This document shows, in pieces, positions 27,571 to 44,993 of a DNA stretch of 64,000 bases. Origin of the DNA: the human T2T-CHM13v2.0 reference genome, Homo sapiens. The stretch lies in NCBI RefSeq assembly GCF_009914755.1, contig NC_060938.1; one strand, given 5' to 3'. Within the stretch, counting starts at the first letter, position 1; every line of letters starts with the position of its first letter. The position numbers were made by a program, and so were the translations under genes. The notes under the pieces are model-generated. The model saw only the letters and a list, made by a program, of their open reading frames with translations, did no database searches and was not told where the DNA came from.

Positions 27571-30500
27571 CACGGACTGCTGGGGTATGTGCAGGGGCCG
27601 CCCACAGTGCAGCCTTGCTGGAGAGTTGAGGGAGGGTCCTGGGGCTGGGCATGGTGTTCCCGCAGGAGGGCTGACCCTCTGGAGGATGCTCGGTCCCAGG
27701 TAGAAAGTGGGAGGTGGGCCCCGGGTGGCTTAGGGAGGGGCCCAATTTCCCCAGGGGAACCTGGTCCAGGCGCCAGGCCCTGCAGGGGGCAGCAGCTGCA
27801 GGAAGCATCTGCTTCTTCCCAACTCAGCCTGCTCAGTGCACGGAATGACCCGGAGCCCGGCACCGTCCTGGGTTTCCTTTCCTTATCCTGGCCAGGCCGT
27901 CCATCCTCAGACAGTGGACTGGAGCCCACCCCACCAGAGCACCTGGAGGCCCGTAGGGCCCCTTGAAGGGCAGAGGGTGGAGATCTCTCCAGCAGGGTCC
28001 CTGAGGGCTGGCACCTTCTCTGGACAAAGCTCTCCTGCATCTCTGGGACGCCATCCTTGGGCTTGGGATAGAGCCGGTGATGCAGCAGCTGCCCGCCCTG
28101 CACCCCAGGTGCTCTCTCCCTCACCCCCCGCGGGGCTGCAGCAGCGTGTCCTGAGAGTTAAAGGGCTGGGCTTCAGCACCCAGTTCAGGCCAGGCCCCCT
28201 GGAGCCCACCGTCCAGCGGCGAGCCTTCCCACGGCATGGCAGGGCCTGGAGTCTGGGGATTTAGTCCCCAACTCTGTGTTTGGTGAAGCTCCAGCTGCTC
28301 GATGCCACACAAACGAATCCAACCACTCCTCCTTCCTGGGTGAGATGGTCTCTCTCCTGCCACAGGCAACTCCGACGGCATTTTCCAGCCACCGCAGCCA
28401 CCGCAGCCACTGCAGTAACAAGACCCTGTCCTTGACTGAGTTCCAGCCAGGCTCCTCGGAGCCTCTCCACTCGGCCTCAACCTTGGCTTGTAAAGACTTG
28501 AGCAGACACTAACAGTTTCTAACAGCTTCTGGCCGTACCCCTAGGCCGACCCCTGCCCCGTCAACACCTGCCTGAGAAAGCTCCGTGCACCACAACTCAC
28601 CGTTTGGACCAACCCCGACCTCCCTTTCTCAGGGTATCTGCTGAGAGGGCCGCAACCACACGACCTTCTATCCGTTCCCGATGTCTGTGCATTTCCTGTG
28701 ACCCAGGAGGGTCTTTCTCGGGACCTGAGAGCCACTCCCTGAAGTGTCCCCATTGGGAAGGATGGGGCCTGTGTCTCCAGGCTCTGGGAGGACAGAATCC
28801 TGACCTCAACAGTGGCCGGCACGGACACAGCGGGTCCCATCCCGGGGACGCTGACCAGCGCTGGGCAACTTTTCCCTTCCCCGAAGACTGAGCCCCGAGC
28901 ACCCACCCTGCTCCCCCTACCACCTCCCTTTACAAGGCTGTGGCCTCTGCACAGATGAAGGTGAGTCCAGGTCATGCCGGACTCTTTCTTCCGTTGCAAT
29001 AGTTATTTCTGTTGAAAATCCGTCCTTGCTACATGATCTAGTGCCCAGGGGGATGCTGAGACAGGATGAATGTGTTTTGCATGTGAGAAGAACATGAATT
29101 TTGGGGGCCAGAGTCTGGACTGTGATGGGTTAAATCGTGGCCCCTACAAATTCATATATTCAAGTCTTAATCCCTGGCCTCACAATGTGACTATTTGGAG
29201 ATGGGGTCTTTACAGAGGTCATTAAGTTCATAGGGGGTCACTAATCTAATCCGATGTGTGTTCTTATAAGAAGAGAAGCTTAGGACACGGGCACACAGAG
29301 GGATGGCCATGTGAGGACCAGGGAGGAGACGGTGTCTACAAGCCAAGGAGAGAGGGCTTGAGAGAAACCAGCCCTGCCTGCATCCTGATCTCAGATTCCT
29401 GGTCTCTAGGCCTGGGAGGATCCATGTCTGCTGTGGGAGCCGCCCCGCTGTGGTCCTGAGCTGACTCACACAGATCTGACACCCACCTCTCGCTTCGGAC
29501 CATGGTTGGTTCTGGAAGGCCCTCCCTGTGGCTCTGCCTGGCCAGCCTGAGCCAGCTCCCAGCCTCGACCCAGCTTTCCCTGGAGGCCCTGTCCCCCGCA
29601 GAGTGACCAGGGCAGGCAGCACCGTGCCCAGCAGGAGGAGAAACTGCATCCATGTAGAAAAGAGGAGAAACCCCGGGGGTCCATGTAGCGACAGGGGCCA
29701 GGGAGGGTCGCTCGGGCAATGCGTGTGGCTGCAGGAGGCAGGGGGCGTATGCAGGGAGCCCCCGAGGTGCAGCTGGACCAGCCTCCTCCTGACTGTGCTT
29801 CCCACCGGGGGCAGGAGGCGCGTGGACACAGGAAGGCGGCTCCCATCACGAAGTACAAGACTTAAAAAGGATATTTTATTGTCATCACAAAAGAAACATC
29901 AAAGACAATTAATGAGCTTTAGAAAATTTAAAAGAAGAAGAAAAGCTACCAAAGCTGAAATGGTGGCACCTCCTTCGAGTGAGCCCGGGAGTCCTCCCTG
30001 ACAGCTGAGGCAGGCGCTGGCCGCACTCCCGCTCGAGTCTCCCTTCCTGTCTGCGGATTCTGCGTGACAGTCACGGAACGGCGTGATGGGGGCAGCAGAG
30101 TGTGGGGGCCTCTGTCCAGCACTCGTGGCCAGCAGCCCCGCTTTCACAAGAACACGGGCACCCTCTTTGTCGTCTTGCCTCTCCACCTGGTGCCCCCAGA
30201 GTGGCTGCTTGTTCCTGCTGCACGTGACCCGGGGCTGGACGCCAGCCTCTGTGATGAGTTCTGGCTGTGTCCACGCTCCTGGCTCTCCCGGTGTCCCTCC
30301 ACCTCTCTCCCCGATGCTCCTGGGCCTCCTCTGTCCTCAGGCCCCACCAAGGCTGAGTCTTGCCCGCCTGGGACCTGGTCACCAGCCTTCTGTGGGAGGC
30401 CTGTCTGGGCAGATGCCCAGCCCTTCCTTGGGCTATCCTCACCCTTGCACCGTGGGGCTCCTGCAGCGGCCACATGGCCCAGGCTCTTCTCCGAGTGATC

Positions 30501-31263
30501 TCGGTGGACTCGAGTGGGTGGTAGGTGGCAGTGTCCTGGGCCTGGCCCCTTCTCTCCCCAGTGCGGACTCTGGGGCTGGCTGTCCCTGCGGGTCGAGTTC
30601 CACCCGAGAATCCAGCAGTGTGGGCAGGCAGCCAAGGGGTGGTGCTGGCACTGAGACTGTTCCCAGGAGCCAGAGAGCAGCGTTCTTTGCTTGAAATCAG
30701 AACAACCTCATTCCTCATGTCAGGAGTTCACGGGAGTGCCTGGAATGGAGGCTGGCTGGCTGCGGGCTGGGAGGAAGGCCGTCTGAGTGAGCCTTCGCAG
30801 CTCTCGGAAGCCTCCCCAACAGGGCCTGATGGTGCTGTGGCTTCCCTACCTTGGCGACTGATGCTCCCACTCACCATCTGGAAACCACGCCTGTGTTCAG
30901 GAGGCTGGCGTGGACAGGGTTGGCTCCAGGGCGAGGTCCTGCCTGAGTGGGGGCCTGGGATGCTGGTCACTACCTCCTTTTGTGTGAGCACCTGGCGGGC
31001 CGGAGGGCAGGGACGTCCTGCTGAGGGGACACCTGGCCCCCAGCGCCCTGCATGCACCAAGCAGCGGAGGTCTGGGGTAGACCTGCTATGCACAGGGTCT
31101 GGAAGGGGGGCGTGTCAGGGTCAGAGGGCGACTGCGAGGCCAGAGAGCCATGGGGTTGAGGGCGGTGAGGTCGGGGGCAGGTGTGGCCTGGGTGATGGCT
31201 GAGCATGGCCCACGGCTCCTGTGTGGGGTCTGGGCGGCCCTGGACACCCCACAGAGGGTGGCC

Positions 31264-35090
<3,827 letters not shown>

Positions 35091-35936
35091 CTGCAAGAGA
35101 GGTGGTGCCATGTGACCGCGGTGTGGGACAGAGCTGGGCCCAGGGCGCAGAGGCCCCTCGGTTCTTGTCTATCCACGAGGGTCCAGGCAGGGTCCAGTGT
35201 CTGGGCTCACGGGCATTGGGTGTGCACCTGGCTGGCGCCACCTGCCTCACCTTAGCCCACTCCCTGCCCCAAAGCCAAAGTCAGGCCCGGCTCACCCCAG
35301 AAAGCTTGCAGGACCGGTGGCCCTGTGGTGCCCTTCTGCAGGCACCCCTGCAGCCTAGGAGGCGGGGCTCGGCAGCCAGGTCAGCGCTCTTTGTCTGCCG
35401 GGAGTCAGCACAGTCCAGGGCCTCTAGCTTGGCCTCAGCTCTGGCCATCGGTGCCACCTCAGGGACGGCTCATGCCCATTGGCCCCACTCCAGCCTTTTA
35501 TGGGTGCCTGGCTTGACCAGTGGACACTGTTCTCAGATGGCTTCTGGTGGGTCCCCCGAACCTCCTGAAGCCCCTGACCCTGCCGCCCCAGCGTGGCCCT
35601 CCGCTAGTGAGTGGGCCTGACTTGCCCAGGGCCCTGGTCATAGCCTGCCCTCTGCCCTCCAAGGCCCTTTTCTTCTGTGCAGCAGAGGGGCCAGACACTG
35701 CATAGGGTCGGCGCCCTTCAGCCCCAGGGCCCCGGAACCCCCTGCCTTGGAATAGCCTCCTGGAGCCTCCTCCTCAGCCTCTCCCCTCCTTTCCCCTTAG
35801 CCCCAGTGTGCAGCAGCCCAGGTCAGGGCCCTGAGTGCCTGGATGCCCCCTGCCTCCCAGTGTCCTGCATTACTTCTGGAGGCTCAGTCACCACAACCTC
35901 ACCCTCCCAGCCCTGGCCTGGCCTTCTCGGCCACCA

Positions 35937-36588
35937 GCCCACCTCCTCCCTCTCTCCAGAGCTTCCCCCGGCAAGGTCCCTGCTGGGCTCAACCCAGGCC
36001 CCCCAGCACAGGTAGGAGCCTTGCACCTGCCCTTGGCCCTCCCCACCCTGCGTGGTGCCAGGACCCCCAGGCCACAGGGAGGCCCCATTTCTCTCTGCCG
36101 CTGGCCCAGTGGCCCTGGAGTCCCACTGCAGGTGGGGTGTGCCCCTGACCTCTGAGGAGGCTAAGTGCCCTGCCCTCAGCCAGGCCATCCCCTCTGCTCA
36201 GCCCCAGGGCCCCGCTCACCACCCCTTCCCCTCACCTGCACCACAGGCTCTGGCTGACTCTGCCCAGGCCCTGAATGGGCCCCTCTGGCAGCCCTCTGCT
36301 GCTACACTGCCCTGCACCACCTCCACTCAGCTTCATTGTGCTGGTGGCCCTGGCTCCTGGCAGCCCATCTTGCTCCTTCTGGGGCGCCAGCCTCAGAGGC
36401 CTTCCTGCCTAGGGTCCGCTGGGGCCAGCCCTGGGACCCTCCTGGTCTCAAGCACACGTTCCCCCTGCAGCCAGACCTGCCCCTGCCTGAGAGCCCAGCT
36501 CTGAGCCCTGGAATGCCTTCCCTTCTCCATCCCAGCTCGCCCTTGCCAACTGCTCAGTGGGATGGACTCACACTCCCTTCCCGGCACC
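35937..36588. repeat. Inverted-repeat arm A between S-gamma2 and CH1
   Basis: Paralogue of 16902-17553; reverse-complement homology to 39274-39973. Confidence 0.9.
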
Positions 36589-36672
36589 AGGAGGCTGCAC
36601 TGCACTTTCACCAGCCCTCAGCTGTCTGCTGCCAGCAACTACCCAGCTCCTGCCAAAATCTAGGAGCTGAGT

Positions 36673-37640
36673 GATGCCTCCCACCGTCCCTGCTCACCTG
36701 TGGTTGCCTTGCCCTGAGCTCTAGTGCCTGTCCCCTGCTCGTCCTGCCTCCCACCGGCCCTGCTCACCTGTGGCTGCCTTGCCCTGAGCTCTAGTGCCTG
36801 TCCCCTGCTCGTCCTGCCTTCCACCAGCCCTGCTCACCTGTGGCTGCCTTGCCCTGAGCTCTAGTGCCTGTCCCCTGCTCGTCCTGCCTCCCACCGGCCC
36901 TGCTCACCTGTGGCTGCTCTGCTCTGATTCCCTGAGGCTAAGCCTCAGTCCTGCTCACCTTCTGATGCTCTCCTCTGTCCCCTGAGCTCCAGGGGCTGTC
37001 CCCTGCTCGTCCTGCCTCCTACCTGCCCCTGCTTACCTGAGGGTGCTCTGCCCTGGTGCTCTGAGCTCCAGGGGCTGTCCCCTGCTCCTCCTGCTTCCTA
37101 CCAGCCCCTGCTCACCTGTGGCTGCTCTGCCCTGGTCCCCTGAGCTCCAGGGGCTTCCCCCTGCTCTTCCTGCCCCCACCAGCCCCTGTTCACCTTCAGA
37201 TGCCCTCCCCTGGTCCCCTGAAGTCCCAGAGCTGCCCCCTGTTCCTCCTGCCTCCCACCAGCCCGTGCTCACCTGCCGCTGCTCTGCCCTGGTCCCGAGT
37301 TCCAGGGGCTGCACCCTGTTCGCCCACCTCCCACTAGCCATGCTCAGCTCTTGATGCTCTGTCCTGGTCCCCTGAGCTCCAGGACCTGTCCCCTACTCGT
37401 CCTGCCACCCACCAGCCCCTGCTCACCTGAGGCACCTGAGGCTGCTCTGCCCTGGTCCCCTGAGCTCCAGAGTCTTCCCCCTGCTCATCCTGCCTCCCAC
37501 CTGCCCTTGTTCACCTTCAGTTGCTCTGCCCTGGTCTGCTGAGCTCCAGGAGGTGCCCCCTGCTCCTTCTGCCCCCACCTGCCCTGCTCACCTGTGGCTG
37601 CTCGGTCCTGGTACCCTGAACTCCAATGCCTGCCCCCTGC
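36673..37640 (-). repeat. Switch region S-gamma2
   Basis: Degenerate ~79-bp units plus three 70-bp units; AGCT-rich. Confidence 0.92.
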
Positions 37641-38248
37641 TCACTCTGCCCTCCCTCAACCCGGGCAGCAATGTCACTCAGGTCACTGTTGCCCCCCTGC
37701 CTGTCCTGGCACCCTCTGTCCAGGTTTGGGCTGTTTTTCTGGCCTCATTTTTGTTTTTGCAGCACTTGGCTTGTTCCCTATGCTGTGGAGCAGCCCCAGT
37801 GTCCAGTCAGGTCTCCCCAACAGAGCCCCTTGCCCTTGCCCATGTGCCCCTCCTGGGTGAGCTCCCAGATCCTCCCGTCCCTGCACTGCTCCTGCTCTGG
37901 AAGCCTCTCCAGAACCTCAGCTCCTCAGTGGCCTCTGCTCTGCTGGGTCAGCTCCCTGAACGCACGGAGCCTCACCCCTCCCCTCGCCCCAGGCCTGCTG
38001 CACTCTGGGCCTTTCTGGGCCTCCCTGGACTCTTCCCTCCTCCCATCTGTGCACTCAGCACAGCTCTCCCCTCCACTCCGCTGCTGACCACAGCCCTGCT
38101 CCCCGCCAGCAGGTGCCCCAGCGCCATCAGGTGGCTCTGAGCCTAGCCCCTGTGCCTCCCCTGTCCCTGCCTCTGCCTCTGGGCTCCTTGGCTTCCACCC
38201 TCCTGTCCTGCTGCCACACTCACCCTCCCTGCTCTGCTCCCGGCTCAC

Positions 38249-38700
38249 CTGCTGTCCTTGGTCCTGGCTGAGAGAGGGCCCCACGGCCAGCACTGCTGAC
38301 CCTGCCCTGGGCTCCAGTGATGCTGCTGGCCTGGACAAGCCCCTCCGTTCACCTGGGGCCTCTCCTCCTCCCTCGTTCTACTGCCTCCTCAGCTCAGGTG
38401 GGTCCTGCCCATGCTGGCATCACCCCACGGCCGGCTCTGCCGCATCCCGTCATGTTCCTCGTGCTCCCAGCCTGGTCGTCATGGAGGCCTCAGTCAGCCT
38501 CTGGTGTGTCCTGCCCTGTTGGCTTGGAAGCCCCTGCCCACGGTCCCCGTCATCTTGCACTGGGTGGGCGTTGGTGCCTGAAGGCTGCCCACCTCCCCCG
38601 TGCTGGCTCCGCTTGGGTCTCCATGTGGGGCTGGCCTTGCCCCCACGTCTCCCCAGCCTCTTGTAGCCTGTTCAGCAGCTGAGGTCCAGGAGCGCCCACG
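38249..38700 (-). ncRNA. I-gamma2 exon (sterile germline transcript); 5' end approximate
   Basis: Donor GGACAGCAG|GTGAGC at 38249/38248; paralogous to I-gamma4. Confidence 0.8.
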
Positions 38701-38965
38701 GCTGCACCCAGGCTCTGTCCTTCTCCTCCCGAGCCTGTGCCCTTGCCCTGTGCTGACCCTATTCACCGAGGTGGGGGTCTCAGCCCTTCCTGTTTTGGCG
38801 CGGTACATGTGGGCAGACTTGCCCACGCCGTCAGCTGCTATTTGTCTTCCTAGGAAATCACAGCTCGGCCCTCAGGTCCCCAGGGGTGTGAACTCCACGC
38901 TGCAAAGACTAAGAACAGGATTGAAACCGGCGGCACCGCTTACTTCCTGAAGTTCCCTTTTCTTC
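38700..38965 (-). promoter_or_regulatory. I-gamma2 promoter (STAT6-type site 38847-38856)
   Basis: TTCCTAGGAA and Ets site conserved with the gamma4 promoter. Confidence 0.8.
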
Positions 38966-39273
38966 TGGTGGTTTCTGTGTCACAGGGTAAGGGGGAGTCC
39001 AGACACAGCCGAGGCTGCCTCATGGGTGTGTGGGGATGGGGGTGGTGGCTGCCCCCATACTCGTGGGAGAAGGTGGGGAGCCCGGACCTTGTTCACTGCT
39101 CTTTTCTCTGTCTCTGAGTCCCTGGGGCTGGACTGATACTGGCAGTGATTATGACCATTCTGCCCGTGGTCTCAGCCTCTCAATACCTGGGCCTCTCACC
39201 TGAAGCTTCTGACCCCCACTGGGCCCTGGTGGCTGCTTTGGCCTGGGCGTCTCTCCAGCTGGCTCTCACTCAT

Positions 39274-39973
39274 GGTGCAGGGAGGGGAGTGTGAGTTCAT
39301 CCCGCTGAGCAGCTGGCAAAGGCGAGCTGGGATGGAGAAGGGAAGGCGTTCCAAGGCTCAGGTCTGAGCTCACAGGCAGGGGCAGGTCTGGCTGCAGGGA
39401 GAATGTGTGTGCTTGAGACCAGGAGGGTCCCAGGGCTGGCCGAGTGGACCCTGCACAGGAAGGCTTCTGAGGCTGGTGCTCCAGAAGGAACAAGATGGGC
39501 TGCCAGGAGCCAGGGCCACCAGCTGTGCTCCTGGGGGCCGAGGGGACGTGGGACAGGTGGATGAACACACTGAAGCTGAGTGGAGGTGGCGCAGGGCAGT
39601 GTAGCAGCAGAGGGGAGCCAGAGGGGCCCATTCAGGGCCTGGGCAGAGTTGGCCAGAGCCTGTGGTGCAGGTGAGGGGAAGGGGTAGGGGGCAGGGCCCT
39701 GGGGCTGAGCAGAGGGGATGGCCTCTGCTTAGCTTAGGGCACTTAGCTTCCTCAGAGGCGAGGGGCACACCCGAGTTGCAGTGGCACTCCAGGGCCACTG
39801 GACTACAAGCAGAGAGAGAAATGGGGCCTCCCTGGGGCCTGGGGGATGCTGGCATCATGCAGGGTGGGGAGGTCCAAGGGCAGGTGCAAGTCTCCTACCT
39901 GTGCTGGGGGAGCCTGGACTGAGATCAGGAGGGACCTTGCCAGGCCGAAGCTCTAGAGAGAGGGAGGAGCTGA
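39274..39973. repeat. Inverted-repeat arm B upstream of the I-gamma2 promoter
   Basis: ORF 39266..39631(-) mirrors the arm A peptide; reverse complement of 35937-36588. Confidence 0.9.
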
Positions 39974-40060
39974 GGAAGGACGAACGTGGAAGTGGGAGGT
40001 AAGGGGGGATGGTATGAGGCCAGAGGGACTGGGCAGACCAAAAGCCCGAGGAGGTGTCGC

Positions 40061-41403
40061 ACAGGAAGTGTCCAGAATGGAATAGGAAGTGTCCGGAATG
40101 GAAAAGGAAGCATCCAGCATGGAACAGGAAGCATCCAGAGTGGAACAAGAAAGGTCCAGCATGGAAAAGGAAGCATCCAGAGTGGAATGGGAAGCGTCCA
40201 GAGTGGAACAGGAAGCATCCAGAATGTAACAGGAAGCATCCAGAGTGGAACAGGAAATGTCCAGCATGGAACAGGAAGCATCAAGAATGTAACAGGAAGC
40301 ATCCAGAGTGGAACAGGAAATGTCCAGCATGGAACAGGAAGCATCCAGAATGTAACAGGAAGCATCCAGAGTGGAACAGGAAATGTCCAGCATGGAACAG
40401 GAAGCATCCAGAATGTAACAGGAAGCATCCAGCATGGAACAGGAAGCATCCAGAGTGGAACAAGAAACGTCCAGCATGGAACAGGAAGCATCCAGCATGT
40501 AACAGGAAGCATCCAGAGTGGAACAAGAAACGTCCAGCATGGAACAGGAAGCATCCAGCATGGAACAGGAAGCATCCAGAGTGGAACAAGAAACGTCCAG
40601 CATGGAACAGGAAGCATCCAGCATGTAACAGGAAGCATCCAGAGTGGAACAAGAAACGTCCAGCATGGAACAGGAAGCATCCAGCATGGAACAGGAAGCA
40701 TCCAGCATGGAACAGGAAGCATCCAGAGTGGAACAAGAAATGTCCAGCATGGAACAGGAAGCATCCAGAGTGGAATGGGAAGCGTCCAGCGTGGAACAGG
40801 AAGCATCCAGAGTGGAACAAGAAACGTCCAGCGTGGAACAGGAAGCGTCCAGCATGGAACGGGAAGCATCCAGAATGTAACAGGAAGCATCCAGCATGGA
40901 ACAGGAAGCGTCCAGCCTGGAGCAGGAAGCGTCCAGTGTGGAGCAGGAAGTGTCCAGCGCGGAACAGGAAGTGTCCAGCGTGGAAAAGGAAGCATCCAGC
41001 GTGGAACAGGAAGCATCCAGAGTGGAACAAGAAACGTCCAGCGTGGAACAGGAAGCGTCCAGCATGGAACGGGAAGCATCCAGAATGTAACGGGAAGCAT
41101 CCAGCATGGAACAGGAAGCGTCCAGCGTGGAGCAGGAAGCGTCCAGTGTGGAACAGGAAGCGTCCAGCGTGGAACAGGAAGCGTCCAGCGTGGAACAGGA
41201 AGCGTCCAGAGTGGAACAGGAAATGTCCAGCATGGAACAGGAAGCATCCAGCATGGAACAGGAAGCGTCCAGCGTGGAGCAGGAAGCGTCCAGAGTGTAA
41301 CAGGAAACATCCAGCGTGGAACAGGAAGCATCCAGCATGGAACAGGAAGCATCCAGCGTGGAAGAGGAAGCGTCCAGCATGGAACGGGAAGCGTCCAGAA
41401 TGG
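40061..41403. repeat. Expanded 21-bp minisatellite, ~64 units
   Basis: 1343 bp / 21; same unit as 1378-1629. Confidence 0.96.
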
Positions 41404-44400
41404 GCACTTTGAAGGGAAATCATGTCCCTCCCACTAAATGTGCTCTCCACAAGGACCCGGCCTGCCCTTGTGACCCTGCTGGATCCCTGAGCTGGCACCA
41501 GCCCTGCCCTCAGAGAGAATGTCCAGGAGACAGGTGGAGGTGCACGTGTGGGTCCCTGGGGAAATCCATCCTCCAGCCGCAGGCTCCCAGTCGGCTCCCA
41601 GCCTCTCGTTCCAGCTTCACCCCATGGAGCTCATAATGGGCTCAACCTCCCAGGCTGGGGGAGGACGGAGTGAGGGGTCCCCGCACTGCCCATGGCACAC
41701 CCAGGGGGCTGGGGAGTCTGCACTGGGCTGGGGCAGGGAGGCCTCGTGCAGCCTGTGGGGCTGGCAGCTCAGGACAACACTCGTATCCGTTAACTGTGGC
41801 CCTGGCAACACAGCACCCCAGACTGCGTGGCTTAAACAACAGACGTTTATTCCGTCCTGGTTCTGGAGGCCGGGCATCTGGGATGGAGGCCTCGGCGGGG
41901 CTGGCACCTCTGTGTCATGGGAGACTCTGTCCCAGGCTCTCTCCTTGCTGCTGGGCTTTGCCGGCCGTCTCTGGTGCTCTTGGCTTATGGAAGCAGCACC
42001 ATCTTCACAGGGCGTTCTCCCCACGTGCTGTCTGTGCCCAGATTCCCCCTTTTCATGAGGACAGCAGTCATATTGGATCAGAGGCTTGCCCTACTCCAGG
42101 GTGACCTCATCTCAACTTGATTGCAGCTGCAAAGACTGTTTCCAGACAAGGTCACATTCTGCGGTCCTGGGGGTTAGGACTTCAACACATGAATTTATAG
42201 GGGACACATTTTAACCCATGACAGTTTGCCCTCCGTTCCCCCCATAATCATGTCCTTCTCACACGCAAAATCCCTGCATCCCATAGCAACATCTCCAAGA
42301 TGGCTAACCCCTTCCAGCACCAACTCTTAGTCCACAATGTCAGAGAAACATCATCTGCATCAAGTGTGAGAGAAACCCAGGGTGAGATTAGGAGAGAAAC
42401 CACAGTGGGGTGGCGAGCCTCCTGCCCCCTCCGGCCCAGGTGAGGCCGTGTGCACTGTGTGGGTGTGCCTGGGGCTCCACTTGCCCCTCCCATGTACCTG
42501 CTCATTTTCCCCAGGCTGTGGGCATTTGGGGCAGGGGCCTCAGTGCCTGGTCGGCTCTCTCCCGGTTCTATCCAATGCCCCAAGCTTGCTGGGCTGGAGG
42601 GGCCGGGCAGGGTGGGCCCCCAGGAAGGAGGATGGCTTCCCAGCTGGAGCTCCATCTCTGGCCTCTGCCAGCCTTGAGATCTCCGGTCATCTGTGTCTCC
42701 CTCCTGGGGCCCAGCAGGCCTGCTCAGCTCTGAGCCCCATGTCCGTTCTCACCCTGCTCTGCTTTTCCTTGGGGTGCTGGCCCTGCCCTGGCCTCCAGAA
42801 ATGGCCCCTGCCCCCACCCCTTCCTGTCTGAGGGGCTGGGCTGTTCCTCTCCTGCCCGGCGTGTGCCCACCTAGGCCCAATAGGCATAGTGCCCCCAGCC
42901 CCTCCTGCCCTCTTCTGGCCTTCACGCCCAGCCATGCCGGCAGCCCGCCTCAGTGGCCTGGGCCTTCACCAGCTCCTGGCTCTGTGTCTAGCTGCCACTC
43001 CTGTGGCCCCACGGTGCTGCCCCTTTCCCTCAGTGACGGGGGCTGGACTGCCTGGGAACGGGGTGTGTCTCAGCTGTACACACCTGTGTGTGTCAGTGTG
43101 CGCATGGGAGTGTGTGTGTGTGCTGGGGGTGTGTGCAGGAATGCTTGTGTCTGGGGGCAGGGGGAGCATCTGCCTTCCTGCCCCAGGCCTGGAATGGCCG
43201 TGCCAGGGTGGGTGGGAGCAGTGCGTGCGAGGACAGTGCTGCTTTGACGTCTGCGTGTGGCTGGTGGGGGCGGGAGGACGTGGTGTGGCACGAGTCTCGG
43301 GCTCCCCATCTCCATCCAGCTGATCCCGGATGGCTGCGCTCCTGAGGGTTTAGAGCAGCCCAGGGGGTCAGGAGGCTGTTGGGATGCTGGAGGCAAGCGC
43401 TGGCAGGGATGGGGGTGGGCTGGCCAGGCAGCGTGGCCAGGGGGCTTCGAGCCGGGGCAGTGAACCATCCCCCAACTTTTTAAAGTTTTAAAAGTCATAT
43501 TTACTCAAGTGTAGTTTACATTCAGTATAATCCATCCTGTGACATGTAAGTTTCAACAAATGCACAGTCATGCAACCACCACCGTAATCCAGATGAACAG
43601 TTGCAAGAAGATGTAGAATCTCTCCAAAAATTCCACCAGGCCCCTTTGCAATCAACGCCTCCCTGATGGCTAGGAATCCATTGATCTGCATTCTGTCAGA
43701 AGACTCAGAGTTCATCATTAAAATGATCTATTATGGAAAATATTATAAGCATACAAAACACAAAACCAAGTTTTAAAAAGTGAGGTATTTCTTAAAAGTT
43801 TAGTATACAAACAAAATGAAGGTACCTTCACATTTTACTACAGATGTGCAGATAGTTTTCTTGGTGCACAGAGATAAGGCAGAATTAAGTCAGAATAAAC
43901 GTTCTAAAACTGACCTCCGGAAGAACTAGTCTTAGTCATTTCTTTGCAGAGTATGTGAACCAAGATTCGGGTTTGGTCTTTGGTGTTAGCACTGTGTCAA
44001 GGATCAGATAGAAAGTACAAATGGAGGGGCCCCTTTCTGAGGCCAGGCCCCACTGTTGGGGCATGTGGGGTGACCAAAGGCCAATACCAGCTGAGGCTAA
44101 GAGGCTGCTCTCAGAAAGGTAGGTTTGCAGGTGTCTCTTGAACCCTTTGTTCAGAACCGGGACGTGTGGCTGGGCAGCAGCCTTCAGAATCCCCACAGGC
44201 TGGTGCCCGGTGCCCACAGCCCTCTCTTGGGTTGTCAGGACCCTGCACCCGTGGTGGGGTGCTGGGCTCCAGAGTTCCCTGGGACCAGCTGATCTCTTGT
44301 CCTTGGTTTTGGCCCAAATGCAAGCCCCTGGTCTCCTCCAAGTAACTTCCTTTCCCCAGGGCTGTCCAGGCCCCACCGCTGCCTGTTCCTTCCCAGGGCC

Positions 44401-44993
44401 TCCCGCAAGTCCCGATGCTGACGCCTCTCTGCCCACCTAGTTTGTGGCCGCCGCCTCCAGCTCTGTGTCTGCCTCCCAGCGAGGGAGCCGTGGTTGATGA
44501 TCTCGTGAGTGTCTGCCCTTCTGAAGGTACAGTGTGAAGTCTCATCAGTCTCACTTCAATGCCTAAGCACCTCTTCAGAAACCAGGGATTCATCCAGGTT
44601 TCTCCATCTTTAACCATGTTTTCTAAAAGTTTTCTTGGCAATTTCCTGGCAATTTGCAAGACAGGATTTTTTGGTTGCCAACTTCCAATTAGCTTTAAAC
44701 TTGCCACGATCTCCCAGGTCATCCCGTCCATCGATGATGCTTATTACATTCTTCCTGATTTCCATGTGGCCAAATTCAATAGTTATTTACCCCAGGCTTG
44801 TATTTTGGAGGCTAAAGAACTCTGTTACCAGCTATATCCGTGCTGTGGCTGCCGTAACAAAATATCACAAATGTGGCTTAAAACAACAAAAATTTTTTCA
44901 GAGTTCTGGGAGTCAGGAATCTGAGATCAAGGTGTTGGTGGCTGTCTCTGAGTGCTCCAGGGGAGGACCGTCCACCTCTTCCAGCTTCCTGTG

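Larger units (their letters stand above)
19599..27701. repeat. Segmental duplication copy 2 (IGHG4-IGHG2 intergenic region)
   Basis: Near-identical to 1-8103. Confidence 0.97.

Noticed and set aside
39925-41498. Several 400-480 aa ORFs on both strands
   Set aside because: By-product of a 21-bp (multiple of 3) VNTR with few stops; heptad peptides in most frames and no gene structure.
44111-44924. Overlapping 120-206 aa ORFs in unique-looking sequence
   Set aside because: No recognisable domain or splice structure; would need BLAST/Dfam to exclude an old repeat or retrocopy fragment.
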